Below are positions 47,264 through 64,000 of a stretch of DNA of 64,000 nucleotides, one piece after another (positions within the stretch are counted from its first letter, which is position 1; the number at the start of each line of letters is the position of its first letter). The stretch is from the human T2T-CHM13v2.0 reference genome, Homo sapiens. The notes under the pieces were generated by a model. The model did not search any database. It had not been told where the DNA came from and worked only from the letters and a program-made list of their open reading frames with translations. The stretch lies in NCBI RefSeq assembly GCF_009914755.1, contig NC_060935.1; one strand, 5' to 3'. Position numbers and translations under genes: made by a program.

Positions 47264-50200
47264 AACACTGTCACTCCTAAATTTATAAAACAAGTACGAA
47301 TAGACCTAAGAAATGAGATAGATGGCAACACAATAATAATAGTAGACTTCAATACCCCACTGACAGCACTGGACAAGTCATCAAGACAGAAAGTCAACAA
47401 AGAAACAATGCACTTAAACTATACCCTACAACAAAAGGACTTAACAGATATTTATAGAACATTCCATCCAACAACCACAGAATATACATTCTATTCAACA
47501 GCACGTGGAACTTTCTCCAAGATAGACCATATTATAGGCCATGAAACAAGTCTCAATAAATTTAAGAAAATTGAAATTATATCAAGTATCCTTTCAGAAC
47601 ACAGTGAAATAAAATTGGAAATCAACTCCAAAAGGAATCCTCAAAACGATGAAAATATATGGAAATTAAATAGTCTACTCCTGAATGATATTTTGGTCAA
47701 CAATGAAATCAAGAAGGAAATTTAAAAATTCTTTGAACTGAGTGATAATAGTGACATAACCTATCAAAACCTCTGGGATAAAGCAAAGTGGTGCTAAGAG
47801 GAAAGTTCACAACATTAAATGCCTACATCAAAAAGTCTGAAAGAGCACAAATAGACAACCTAAGGTCACACCTCAAGGAACTAGAGAAACAAGAATAAAC
47901 CAAAGCCAAACCATGCAGAAGAAAAAAAAAAAAGAAACATTACAGCAGAACTAAATGAAATTGAAACAAACACCAACAACAACAACAAAAAAAAAAAACA
48001 AAGATAAATGTAACAAAAACCTGGTTCTTTGAAAACATAAACAAAATTGATAGACCATTAGTGAGATTAACCAAGAAAAGAAGAGAGAAGATCCAAATAA
48101 GCTCAATTAGAAATGAAACAAGAGATATTACAACCAATACCACAGAAATTCAAAAGATCATTCAAGACTACTATGAACACCTTTACACACACAAATTAGA
48201 AAACCTAGAGGAGATGGACAAATTCCTGGAGATTAAAATAGGAAGAAATAGAAACTCTGAACAGACTAGTAACAGGCAGCAAGATTGAAATGGTGATTTG
48301 AAAATTGCCAACAAAAAAAGTCTAGGACCAAACAGATTTACAGCTGAATTCTATCAGACATTCAAAGAAGAATTGGTGCCAATCCTATTGACACTATTCC
48401 AAAAGATAGAGAAAGAGGGAATCCTCCCTAAATCATTCTATGAAGCCAGTATCACCCAAATACCAAAACCAGGAAAGAACATAGCAAAAAAAGAAAACTA
48501 CAGACCAATATTCTTGGTGAATACAGATGCAGAAATCCTCAACAAAATACTAGCTAACCAAATCCAACAGCATATTGAAAAGATAATTCAGCATGATCAA
48601 ATGGGTTTCATACCAGGGATACAGGGATAGGTTAACATACACAGGTAAATAAATGTGATAAAACATATAAAAAGAATTAAAAACAAAAATCATATGATCA
48701 TCTCAATAGACACAGAAAAGCATTTGACAAAATCTAGCATCTCTTTATGATAAAAAGCCTCAGCAAACTCGGCATAGAAGGGACATACCTTAACGTAATA
48801 AAAACTATCTATGACAAACCACACAGCCAACATTATACTCAATGGGGAAAAGTTGAAAGCATTCCACCTGAGAACTGAAACAAGATAAGGATGCCCATTT
48901 ACACCACTTCTATTCAACATAGTACTGGAAGTCCTAGCAAGAGCAATTAGACAAGAGAAAGAAATAAAAGGCATTCAAATCAGTAAAGAGGAAGACAAAC
49001 TGCCGTCGTTCACCAATGATATGATTGTATACCTAGAAAACCCTGAAGACTCAACCAAAAAGCTTCTAGATCTGATAAATGAATTCAGTAAAGTTTCAGG
49101 ATACAAAGTCAATGAACACAAATCAGTAGCACTGCTATACACCAAAAGTGACCAAGCTGAGAATCAAATCAAGAACCCAACCCCTTTTACAATAGCTGCA
49201 AAAAAATAAATAAATAAATAAAATACTTAGGAACATATCTAACCAAGGATGTGAAAAACCTCTATAAAGAGAACTACAAAACACTGCTGAAAGAAATTTT
49301 AGATGACACAAACAAATGGAAACACATCCCATGATCATGGATGGGTAGAATCAATATTGTGAAAATGACCACACTTCCAAGAGCAATCTACAAATTCAAT
49401 GTAATTCCCATCAAGATACCATCATCATTCTTCACAGAACTGGAAAAAACAATCCTAAAATTCATATGGAACCAAAAAAGAACCTGTATAACCAAAGCAA
49501 GACTAAGCAAAAAGAACAAATCTGGAGGCATCACATTACCCAACTTCAAACTATGAGGCTATAGTCACCAAAACCCATGGTACTGGTATAAAAATAGGCG
49601 TATAGACCAATGGAACAGAACAGAGAACCCAGAAATAAACCCAAATACTTACAGCCAACTGATCTTCAACAAAGCAAACAAAAACATAAAGAGGGGAAAG
49701 GACATACTTTTCAACAAATGATGCTGGGATAATTAGCAAACCATATGTAGAAGAATGAAACTGGATCCTCATCTCTCACCTCATACAAAAATCAACTCAA
49801 GATGGATCAAAGACTTAAATCTAAGACCTGAAACCATAAAAATTCTAGAAGATAACATCGGAGAAACCCTTCTAGACATTGGCTTAGGCAAAGACTTCAT
49901 GACCAAGAACCCAAAAGTAAATGTAAAAAAAAAACAAAGATAAATCAATGGGACTTAATTAAACTAAAAAGTTCTGCACAGCAAAATAATAATAATAATA
50001 ATAATCACCAGAGTAAACAGACAACTCATGGAATGGAAGAAAATCTTCACAAACTGTGCATCCGACAAAGGACTAATATCCAGAATCTACAAGGAAATCT
50101 AACAAATCATCAAGAATAAAACAAATTATCCGTTTGAAAAGTGGGCTGAGGACATGAATAGACAATTCTTAAAAGAAGATATACCAATGGCCAATAAACA

Positions 50201-50639
50201 TATGAAAAAATGCTCAACATCACTAATTATCAGGGAAATGCAGATCAGAACCACAAAACAATACCACCTTACTCCTGCAAGAATGGCCATAATTAAAAAA
50301 TCAAAAAATAATAGATGTTGGCATGGATGTGGTGAAAAGGGAACACTTTTACACTGCTGGTGGGGATGTAAACTAGTAAAACCACTATGGAAAACAGTGT
50401 GGAGATTCCTTAAAGAACTAAAAGTAGATCTGCCTTTTGTTCCAGCAATTCCACTACTGGATATCTACCCAGAGGAAAGGAAATCATTTATGAAAAAGAC
50501 ACTCACACATGCATGTTTATAGCAGCACAATTTGCAATTGTAAAAATATAGAACCAGCCCAAATGCCCATGAATTAATAGGTGGATAAAGAAAATGTCAT
50601 ATATATATGCATATGTATATATATATGCATATGCATATG

Positions 50640-50683
<44 letters not shown>

Positions 50684-51046
50684 ATGGATTACTACTCAGC
50701 CATAAAAAGGAACAAAATAATGGCATTCACAGCAATCTGGATGGAGTTGGAGACCATTACTCTAAGTGAAGTAACTCAGGAATGGAAAACCAAACATTGG
50801 ATGTTCTTACTTGTAAGTAGGAGCTAAGCTATCAGGACACAAGGGCATAAGAATGATACAATGGACTTTGGGGACTGGAGGAAAAAGAGTGGGAGGTAGG
50901 TGAGGGATAAAAGACTACACACTGGGTACAGTATACACTGTTCTGGTGATGGGTACATCAAAATCTCAGAAATCACCACTAAACTACTTATCCATGTAAC
51001 CAAACACCACCTGTTCTCCAAAAACTTATCGAAGTAAAAAAATAAA
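46683..51046 (+). mobile_element. L1PB-like element (ORF1 end, ORF2 remnant, 3'UTR) with (TA)n at about 47230 and (TA/CA)n at about 50598-50683
   Basis: Degenerate ORF2 fragments in the ORF track; same diagnostic 3' end as 31466-35610. Confidence 0.88.
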
Positions 51047-53079
<2,033 letters not shown>

Positions 53080-53127
53080 CCTTTGCTTTTTACTTTTTTT
53101 TCCAATCTTTATTATTTCCTTCCTTTT

Positions 53128-53745
53128 ACAGTAGTTCCATCTTATCTTTAAGGGATAAATTCCAAGACCCCCACTGGTTGTATGAAAAGTGTTTCAATTG
53201 ACAGCAACCAAAACACATTTCTGTTCACCTCTTCAACACAAAAATTTAATGCTTTTTCTATCTTAATTAAGTAATCGTCATGTAATGTGGCCATAGCTTT
53301 TGCAGTTTGAGGTGCAACAGCAAAACCAGCATGATTTTTTTTTGCCTCCTTTATGATGTAACTAGTTTTTACTGTAGACCTTAGCAGCCTCCACATTCTA
53401 TTTTTTTTCTTCCTTATTAAGTTGTAAACTTTCACCTTTACTTAGAGGGAGCACTCTATCACTTCTCTTTGGCATATCTGAATTGCCAGCATCCCTATTT
53501 CTAATGCTTTGGAGCCATTAATAAGTAAAATAAAGTTTACTTGAACACAAGCACTGTGATACCACAACAACTGATCTAGCAACTGAGAGGGCTACAAATG
53601 GATGGATAGGGTACACAGCATGGATATGCTAGGCAAAGGGGTGAATCACATCCCAGGAAGGACAGAGCAGGACCACAAGAGATTTCATCACACTATTCAA
53701 AGTGGTACATAATTTTAAACATATGAATTATTTATTTCTGGAATT
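53128..53745. mobile_element. Tigger-family (MER44/MER82-like) DNA transposon fragment
   Basis: cagtagttccatcttatc...ttccaagaccccc and cacaagcactgtgatacc...atttatttctggaatt. Confidence 0.6.
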
Positions 53746-53879
53746 ACTGAATGGAGAAAATCTGCTTACCTTTTAAAAACAAACAACTCTTTATTTCATT
53801 GATTTTTTCTTTTGTTTTTCTAGTCTTCTTTTCACTTATTTCTGCTCTGATCTTTATTATTTCCTTCCTTCTACTAATT

Positions 53880-55275
<1,396 letters not shown>

Positions 55276-55664
55276 AAAAACCTTTTTAATTTAATTGCTG
55301 AGGAGTATTTCCTTGTATGGATAGAGTAAGCTTTGTGTCATTATTCTTGGTGAAAATACATTTGCTTTGTTTCCATTTTAGCTATTAAATAAAGCTGCTA
55401 TTAACATTTGTGTTCAAACTTTTAAGTGAACATCCTTATCCACTCTCTTGGATACATTCCAAAGATAAATTGCTGGGTGATATGGTAAGTGTATATTTAA
55501 CTTTTTAAGAAAATTAAAACAGTTTTCTAGAGTACTGTACCATTTACTTCTCCACTGGTAATGTATAGAAGATCCACTTTCTCCAAATCCTTGCCAATAT
55601 TTGAAACTATGAGTATTTTTTTACTTTAGCCTTCTAAGAGCTGTATACTGCTGTATCATCATGT

Positions 55665-55931
55665 TTTCCTCTGAGACCTCTCTCCTGGTCTTGTAGATGG
55701 GGTCTTTTTCTCCCTGTGTCTTCACAGGGTCTTCCCTCTGTATGTCTGTGTCCTAATCTCTTCTTCTCATAGGGACATCAGTCATGTTGGATTAAGGCTC
55801 ACTCTAATGAACTCGTTTTAACTTAACTAGCTCTCTGAAGACCTCCTTCCCCAAAATACTCATATTTTGAGATACTGGGGCTAAGTACTTCAACATATGA
55901 ATATTAGAGGGACACAATTCAGCCCATAACA
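55665..55931. mobile_element. MLT1-like LTR fragment
   Basis: ctctctcctggtcttgtagatgg...cttcaacatatgaat...gggacacaattcagcccataaca. Confidence 0.75.
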
Positions 55932-56514
55932 AGGTCTTTTTAAAATATTTTTTCAGCATTGAAGAATATTTCTGAATATTTTAAATAGATTCTAATTCAA
56001 ATGACATTATTTTTTAAATGACAAGTAGCTTAATTTGGCTACAGCATGAGGCACAAGAAGGGCAGTGATAGAAGATAAGGCTTTAATTTTTTAATATTCA
56101 TACCAAATGGAAATAAATAACAAATTTCATGAAGTAGAGGGAGGAAAAATAAGGATATATTATATGTGCTGGACTCTTCACACTTTATAAGGGATGTCCA
56201 TTAAGCCACTCCTTAATACTGATAAATTAAAAATAGAAATATGTTTATATCCAGAGCTCATAATTTTAAAAAGTAAGAATAAAAAGGGTAGCAAAGGGAA
56301 GCCTCTGGAGAACAGATTTAGGGAGTCTTTCACTTTGTATGTACTACGTTGTCATTTGGAATTAAAATACACACATAGATGCATTATCACTGTGATCATG
56401 AAAACATACCAAAAAAAGGGCTGTGACTGCCCGGGCGCTGACGGCGGCGGCGGGGGGTGCGGTGTGGACGCCCGCGGTGCCGGCTGGGGCATCACCGTGG
56501 GCCTCGAACCCGAA

Positions 56515-57141
56515 ATGGCTCTGCTGACCGAACACCTGCTGAAGCCGTTGCCCGCGGACAAGCAGATCGAGACTGGGCCCTTCCTCGAGGCGGTGTCCCA
56601 CCTGCCGCCCTTCTTCGATTGCCTTGGGTCCCCAGTGTTTACTCCCATCAAGGCAGACATAAGCAGCAACATCACAAAAATCAAAGCTGTGTACGACACC
56701 AACCCAGCCAAGTTCCGGACCCTGCAGAACATCCTGGAGGTGGAGAAAGAAATGTATGGAGCAGAGCGGCTCAAAGTAGGGAACACGCTGGCGCTGATGT
56801 GGCTGAAAAGAGGCCTTCGCTTCATCCAGGTCTTCCTCCAGAGCATCTGCAACGAGGAGCCGGACGAGAACCACCTCAACCTCATCCGCGTCAACGCCAC
56901 CAAGGCCTACGAAATGGCCCTCATGAAGTACCACGGCTGGATCGTGCAGATCTTCCAGGCAGCACTGTACGCAGCCTCCTGTAAGTCCGACTTCCTGAAA
57001 GCGCTCTCCAAGGGGCAGAATGTGACGGAGGAGGAGTGCCTGGAAAAGATCCGCCTCTTCCTAGTCAACTACATGGCGACCATCGATGTCATCTACGAGA
57101 CGTATACCCAGATGAACGCTGAGCTTAACTACAAGGTGTAA
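56515..57141 (+). CDS. Uninterrupted GLTP-like ORF of the retrocopy (208 aa; expression unproven)
   Basis: No stop or frameshift. About 14 substitutions and a one-codon deletion (K146) versus GLTP as recalled. The frame stays open upstream to the ATG at 56194. Confidence 0.4.
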   Translation: MALLTEHLLKPLPADKQIETGPFLEAVSHLPPFFDCLGSPVFTPIKADISSNITKIKAVYDTNPAKFRTLQNILEVEKEMYGAERLKVGNTLALMWLKRGLRFIQVFLQSICNEEPDENHLNLIRVNATKAYEMALMKYHGWIVQIFQAALYAASCKSDFLKALSKGQNVTEEECLEKIRLFLVNYMATIDVIYETYTQMNAELNYKV

Positions 57142-57544
57142 GTATGCCCACCGCTGGACACGCCCCCGACTCGTGGCCACACGGAGAAACGGCAAACCAG
57201 AATCACTGTGAATCAAGTCGGTGAGCTGCCCCTGGTCTGCATCGCCCAGAGCAGCCCAGGGTCCTGCCAGAGTCTGCAGGGGACAGCCCTCGTTTTTTAA
57301 GTCTTTTTTTTGGGGGTGGGGTCTATTCTAAAGGACCAGTAAATAATGATCTTACTTCCAAATCTCCTTGGAATTTCACGACAGCACAGACTGACTTTAT
57401 ACCTTCATTTCAGCGTGGTAAAAATCGATTAACACTTCTAATGAGTCAAGTCCTAGGCTTTTTTGGTTTTGTTTTGTCGCCAAAAAGGAACACGGCTCTG
57501 GGTGAATGGTGTCATCCACCTCGCTTTAAAAATAAGCACATGAT

Positions 57545-58080
<536 letters not shown>

Positions 58081-59157
58081 AGCACGTGACCTTATGAGAC
58101 TCTCGCTGTATTGCTATTTTGGTTATTTTAAGGACTATAAAGAGCTTGATTTGAAATTATGCAGGGCCCCTATGTGGGATTTTTTTAAAAAGCAAACTGG
58201 TGTGTATTCTCATGTGTTTTGCACAGCCCAGCCTCACAGCAATATTATAAACCCTGCTCTTTCTGTCTCGCTAAACAGGGTTTTTTGTTTGTTTTCGTTT
58301 TTCTGGTTGTTTTTGTTATTATTGTTTTACAGCTGAAACCAACCAGCAAGTCTTTGATGACCAAGAGGCATTTCTTTCAAAGCTATAGGGCACAAACAAT
58401 TGACCATAGAAGACTCTGTTTGCATTCTTCTGCAGAATTATTTCCTTCAGGGACAGATTTTCCAACCTAAGAAACTACCTACTGTGTGTATTCTCTTGAT
58501 GGGGAGAGATGAACCCTTCAGCTGCTAAGATCCAAGAAAATGCCTCACTGCCTTAACCTTAACTGTTCTTCCTGGCGCTAAAAAGAGCTGTATTTTTTAA
58601 AGTGCTGGGGCAAACAAAGCAACCCCAAAAGAGTTGATGTGTGTTTTAAAAGAAAAAACCCAATGAGGAGCAACTGGAGATTTTTATGCAGAAACTAAAT
58701 AATCCTTAATAAATAAATCTCTATTTTGGAATCACAAAAAAAAAAAAAGAAAACATAACAAAAAAAGTAGAATCAGGCCATTGTAAGTATTGAATGACCC
58801 TATGATCCACTTTATTCTTTAGTTATAAAGCTCCACAATGCAAGCTCTCATTGCTTGATGGTACTACCTAGGCTTGCAGTTGGCAATTAAGGGTCCAGAA
58901 CAGCAATTACTTACAGGGAGGTGAACCAGAAAGGATGGAATGAGAGAGGCTAATGTGTTATGGAAATGGGGTAGAGGCTAAGAAACATCTCAGTGAGAAA
59001 TCCTGCCTCAAATGCCTCTGGTCTCTAATTTTTCTGTAGTTCTTGTGCAGGAAATCACAAGATGTCCAGCAACTTGATAAGCCTGGCTTAGTCATCAACT
59101 TTCACTTCTGCTCCTGAAGGCATCTCCACAATTAGAGAACATAGAAAAATCCTCAGG

Positions 59158-59944
<787 letters not shown>

Positions 59945-61484
59945 AGAAAAATCCTCAGGCATCACTCAGTCCAAGGAAGGCTGTCCCCATTCAGCACCAG
60001 ACAACTCTCTACCTCTGGACAAAAGAATGGAGGAAAGGTAAGGATATATACCAAAAACTGTCTGATTTCCAGTTATAACTTTTGCTCTAGTTTTATATCC
60101 CTGTGCTTATACCTTGGAGTGCTACATGCAGTGGGTGATGGTGCCTCCCTCAGGAAAAGGCAGGAGACATAAGCCCTCCTTCTGGAGGCTGAGTACTGGC
60201 AGCCTAAACTATGGCAGTTCCAAACGGAGTCAAGCGGACCTTTCTCTCTTCAGATCCATCTCCCTGTATCACTCCTTTTATTCCAACCATTCAAATCTGC
60301 TTTCATGGAAAGAAGCTGCCTCTTACATTCATTTAAGGACTAGGATAACATACAGGTATTGCTTCCCAGAGCTGAACTGCTGTACACCCAGGTTTTATTG
60401 CATTACTTGCTTTTCAAAGTTATTCTCCTTTGTATATTTGGAAAGGTCCAGGAAGAAACAAATAGTCCTAACTGAAATAATTGAGGAGTGTTTCATGAGG
60501 GAACTATTTACTAAGATGGGCCGAATTAAAGGAAAGAGACAATGCCTGGGGCAGCACCCTAAGCAGCAATAGTGGAGCACTGCTTCCTCTCCTAGGTTTA
60601 AAGGGACAGGGAAGGAGGAGTTATCATTGAAATCATAGCTTTACCTGTAGCTAGCTGTAGGGGCGGGAGAGGACGACCAGGCAGGCAGAGGAGCCCTGCA
60701 TCACCAACACACAGCCACATAGGCAGAGAGCCAGGAAGTGAAAATCCGAAATGACTCTCCTCCTGCTGGGATCTCCCAGTGGCTCAATTCAACCAGAAAG
60801 CAGAAGGAAAAGAATACCACTGATGAGGTAAGCATCCCTCTTCAGATGTCAAACAGAATGGAAAAAGGTGGGGAAAAAATATCCAGGGCCAATGAGATGA
60901 TCCCTCAAACCTCCCTTTATTCCTGGGGTTTTCTCTATCTAAATGTTATTAAACCATTTTTTTCATCACATCTCCATCAGTTACTTTTTGTCCTGTTTGC
61001 ACTTTCTTTCTCTAGTGTCACTTAATGAAATAATCTTCCATATTCATCAAAAATTCCCTGAAAATGGAATGCAATTGAAAAAGAAAAAACTTTTTGCTTA
61101 TTGGTCAGAGTGTAAGTGTGGCTGCTTTAAAAAAGTCCCGTAGTAACAATGACTTCTGTAACAAAGTTTACTAGACCTGGGTTGGGCTGGAGGTTCCAGG
61201 CATCAGACACCAGAAGCCCTTCCATGTTGCTGCTCCCTAATCCCTAGAGAGGTGCCCTCATCCTTGTGATTCTGCAGGCTTCCAGTGACATCAACATTCC
61301 AGCCTGGGATGAAGAAGAAGAGGAGAGAGGGAGACCACACTTCTTCCATTAATCCAAGAGTCAGTTACACCATATCTGCTCACCTACCATTGTCTAGTGC
61401 CTAATCACAAGATGTCATGCACATCAAGGCAGGGGTTGGGGTAAATAGGATCCTTGTCATGATTTATAACTCTCAGAAATACTA

Positions 61485-61788
<304 letters not shown>

Positions 61789-64000
61789 GGGAAATACTAT
61801 GTGACTGAGGAGAGGAATGGTTAGCAGGGGACACTAGCAGTCTCTACAGACCATAATAGTCTCTCAGATTCTGTGTTCACATGACAATTTTTTGGGTTTC
61901 CCCCAAGAAATAATGATTGATAGGGCAGAAGACAGTGGAAAAGCCTCAGACAGGGCTCCAGGAGACAGAGGCTGGTATTGGCCATGCTATTCATGATGTG
62001 AACAGGAAAATCCAATGTACTCTTTAAGCCTCTTCCTGTATTAACTGAGAATATTACAAAAAGAGGCCCTAAAAGAGCACATGCTAAATGTTGAGGACAC
62101 AGTAGTGAACAAATACAGGTACGACTTAGTTATGAAGGTTCAGCTTTGATAAGGAAGACAAATGTATCACACCCTAATAATACATTTACAAACTGTTCAG
62201 TACCTTGCGTGGGAGCAACAGAAGTCTTGGTTTTCCTTCCTTTTCTTTTCCTGGCCAACCAAGGCTGTGGGAGTTTGTCTCTCTAAGAGAGCTCATAGTG
62301 GATGCATCCACGCCTGATGCTTCTCTCCACCCTCAGAAGAAAATGCATCCTCTTTCCACTTAGAGGCCTCCTGATTTATTGAATCCTCTGGATGACTGAG
62401 TGATGGCTACATTTGTAAGGTAGAAAAGGGCTCCAGGATTCTCCTATCTGTTCCTAATTGGCTTTCACTCATCTCTCTTTTGTTTCCTATTTGATTTGCT
62501 TCTTATTCTCTCTCTAACTGAAGCTTGTTATAGTTAGCTTTTTTTTCAACCCCCGATCTTGACAATCAACTTGGATGTAACTTGGGAATTACTCCCCTGC
62601 TTTCCCCCTCAAACGTGTGTATTGAACGCTTGGTGGTGTTGGGGCCAAAGGGCTGGACCTAAGATTGAAACCTGAGGCAGCCCTGTTAGGTTCAAATCCA
62701 CATTGTGTGAGACCAAGGAATAATTATGCATCCATTTTGTGCCCCTATGCCATCGTCTGTAAAATGGGAATATTAATAATTCTTCCCTCCTAAGCTCTTG
62801 AGAGGATTAAAGGAGACAGTAGTAGCTGGTAAACTCTCAATCAGCTGCTGTTATTTACCCGGATGAGAGCTAGTCCTCTGTCTCCAGTTGAAATCTGCAT
62901 GAGCATCTCTCTTTATACTCCAAGCCTGGCGCTTTTTCTACATCCCAACATAGACTCCTCTCACACAGAAGATTTAGCCAGCAAAAGAAACTCTTCTAAA
63001 GATCTCCTGGGAAAGAGTGAAGTAGGTTTATGTTGTGCACACCCAGCACACCACTTAGTAGTCCTCCGTCTCTATTCCCACACTTCAATTTCCTCCTTCA
63101 GTGGCACTCAGACCTCACACTCACTCCTTCATCCACTATATTGCTGAGCACTTCAGCTCAAATCCACTTCCTACTCCAACATTGTGTACCAAAATGCTTC
63201 CAGATGTTCAGCAAAGCCATACTGAGTTCTCATATCAAAGGCACATCAGTGGTCAACTTCAGCTATTTGGGCACACATCAGTAATTACTCTAACACACAC
63301 AGAGCTGTCCAGAAAAAGAATTCTGAATAAATGAAATTTTCTTCATCTCATTATACATGTGTGTTCTAATGCTTTTAATTGTGCTTTCATTTTTATTTCC
63401 CGTTTAACCACCAAATCTGCTACTACCATTAGGCTCCTCATTCACGCATTCATTCATTGAATAAATATTTGCGGAGAACACAGTGTGCTGAACAAGGAGC
63501 TAGACACTAGGGTTATAAAAGGTGCTTCTGACTTCAATGACTGACACACGGAGCCATTTCTAACCCACAAGGCCCAGCCATTCTTACATCTCTCCTAGCA
63601 AAATATTACATTGCTCTCATGTCCCTTAAATCATGGTCTTCTTTCTCCTCCATGGATAGACCACTCCTAGTCATGGGGGTGTCACAGCCATCTCTTTGTC
63701 TTTCTGAATTCCTGCACCTGAGGGAAAATTTCTGGCCCAGGAGAGAGTAATGCTTGGGTCCATAGCCCTAGCCAGCTGAGTGAAGGTATTTCCAGCATAG
63801 AATAGTCCCATGTCAGCAGAGGACCTCTGTTGCAATAGAGCCCAGGCTTTAGAACCGGCGAGAACTGGGTTTGAATCTAGTTTCAAGGGATCTCTACCTT
63901 TTGATTTGCTATTTATTCTCTATAAGCCAGTCTCCCTTCTCTGTAAAATGGGGACAGTAATTCACACATTGCAGAGTGGTCCTACAAATCAGAGATCATA

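Noticed and set aside
50598-50683. (TA)n/(CA)n tract with Z-DNA or hairpin potential
   Set aside because: Common microsatellite at a usual position in L1PB 3' ends; nothing locus-specific.
56352-56984. Three long overlapping alternative-frame or antisense ORFs (175-190 aa) over the GLTP copy
   Set aside because: Expected from GC-rich codon usage; no recognisable domains.

Overview
Primate DNA, almost certainly human chr11p15.1. The window is a tandem array of four paralogous, same-strand MRGPRX (Mas-related GPCR) units. Unit A (starts before 1, runs to about 14000) carries intact MRGPRX3 (4702-5670). Unit B (about 14920-25285) carries a disabled MRGPRX2-like pseudogene (20776-21831). Unit C (about 35610-46682) carries intact MRGPRX4 (40756-41724). 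Unit D (about 56200 to past the window end) should begin its coding exon roughly 60 nt beyond 64000. Each unit has a putative non-coding exon 1 about 4.4-5.3 kb upstream of a single coding exon. Between and inside the units are a full-length dead L1PA4/5-like element, a twin-primed L1 stub, three L1PB pieces, Alus, MaLR/ERV1 LTRs, Tigger-family DNA transposons, and a full-length GLTP retrocopy with TSDs whose ORF is still open and extends 107 codons upstream. I found no convincing wholly new biological system. The best second-look signals are: near-identical (putative gene-conversion) tracts between the MRGPRX3 and MRGPRX4 units; the mosaic X2/X1-3-4 pseudogene; a GATA site that differs between units next to exon 1; orphan exon-1 remnants; the open GLTP retrocopy; two templated or fold-back junctions; and L1-defined unit breakpoints. 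Alignments were done by eye. Repeat subfamily names and reference protein comparisons are from recall.
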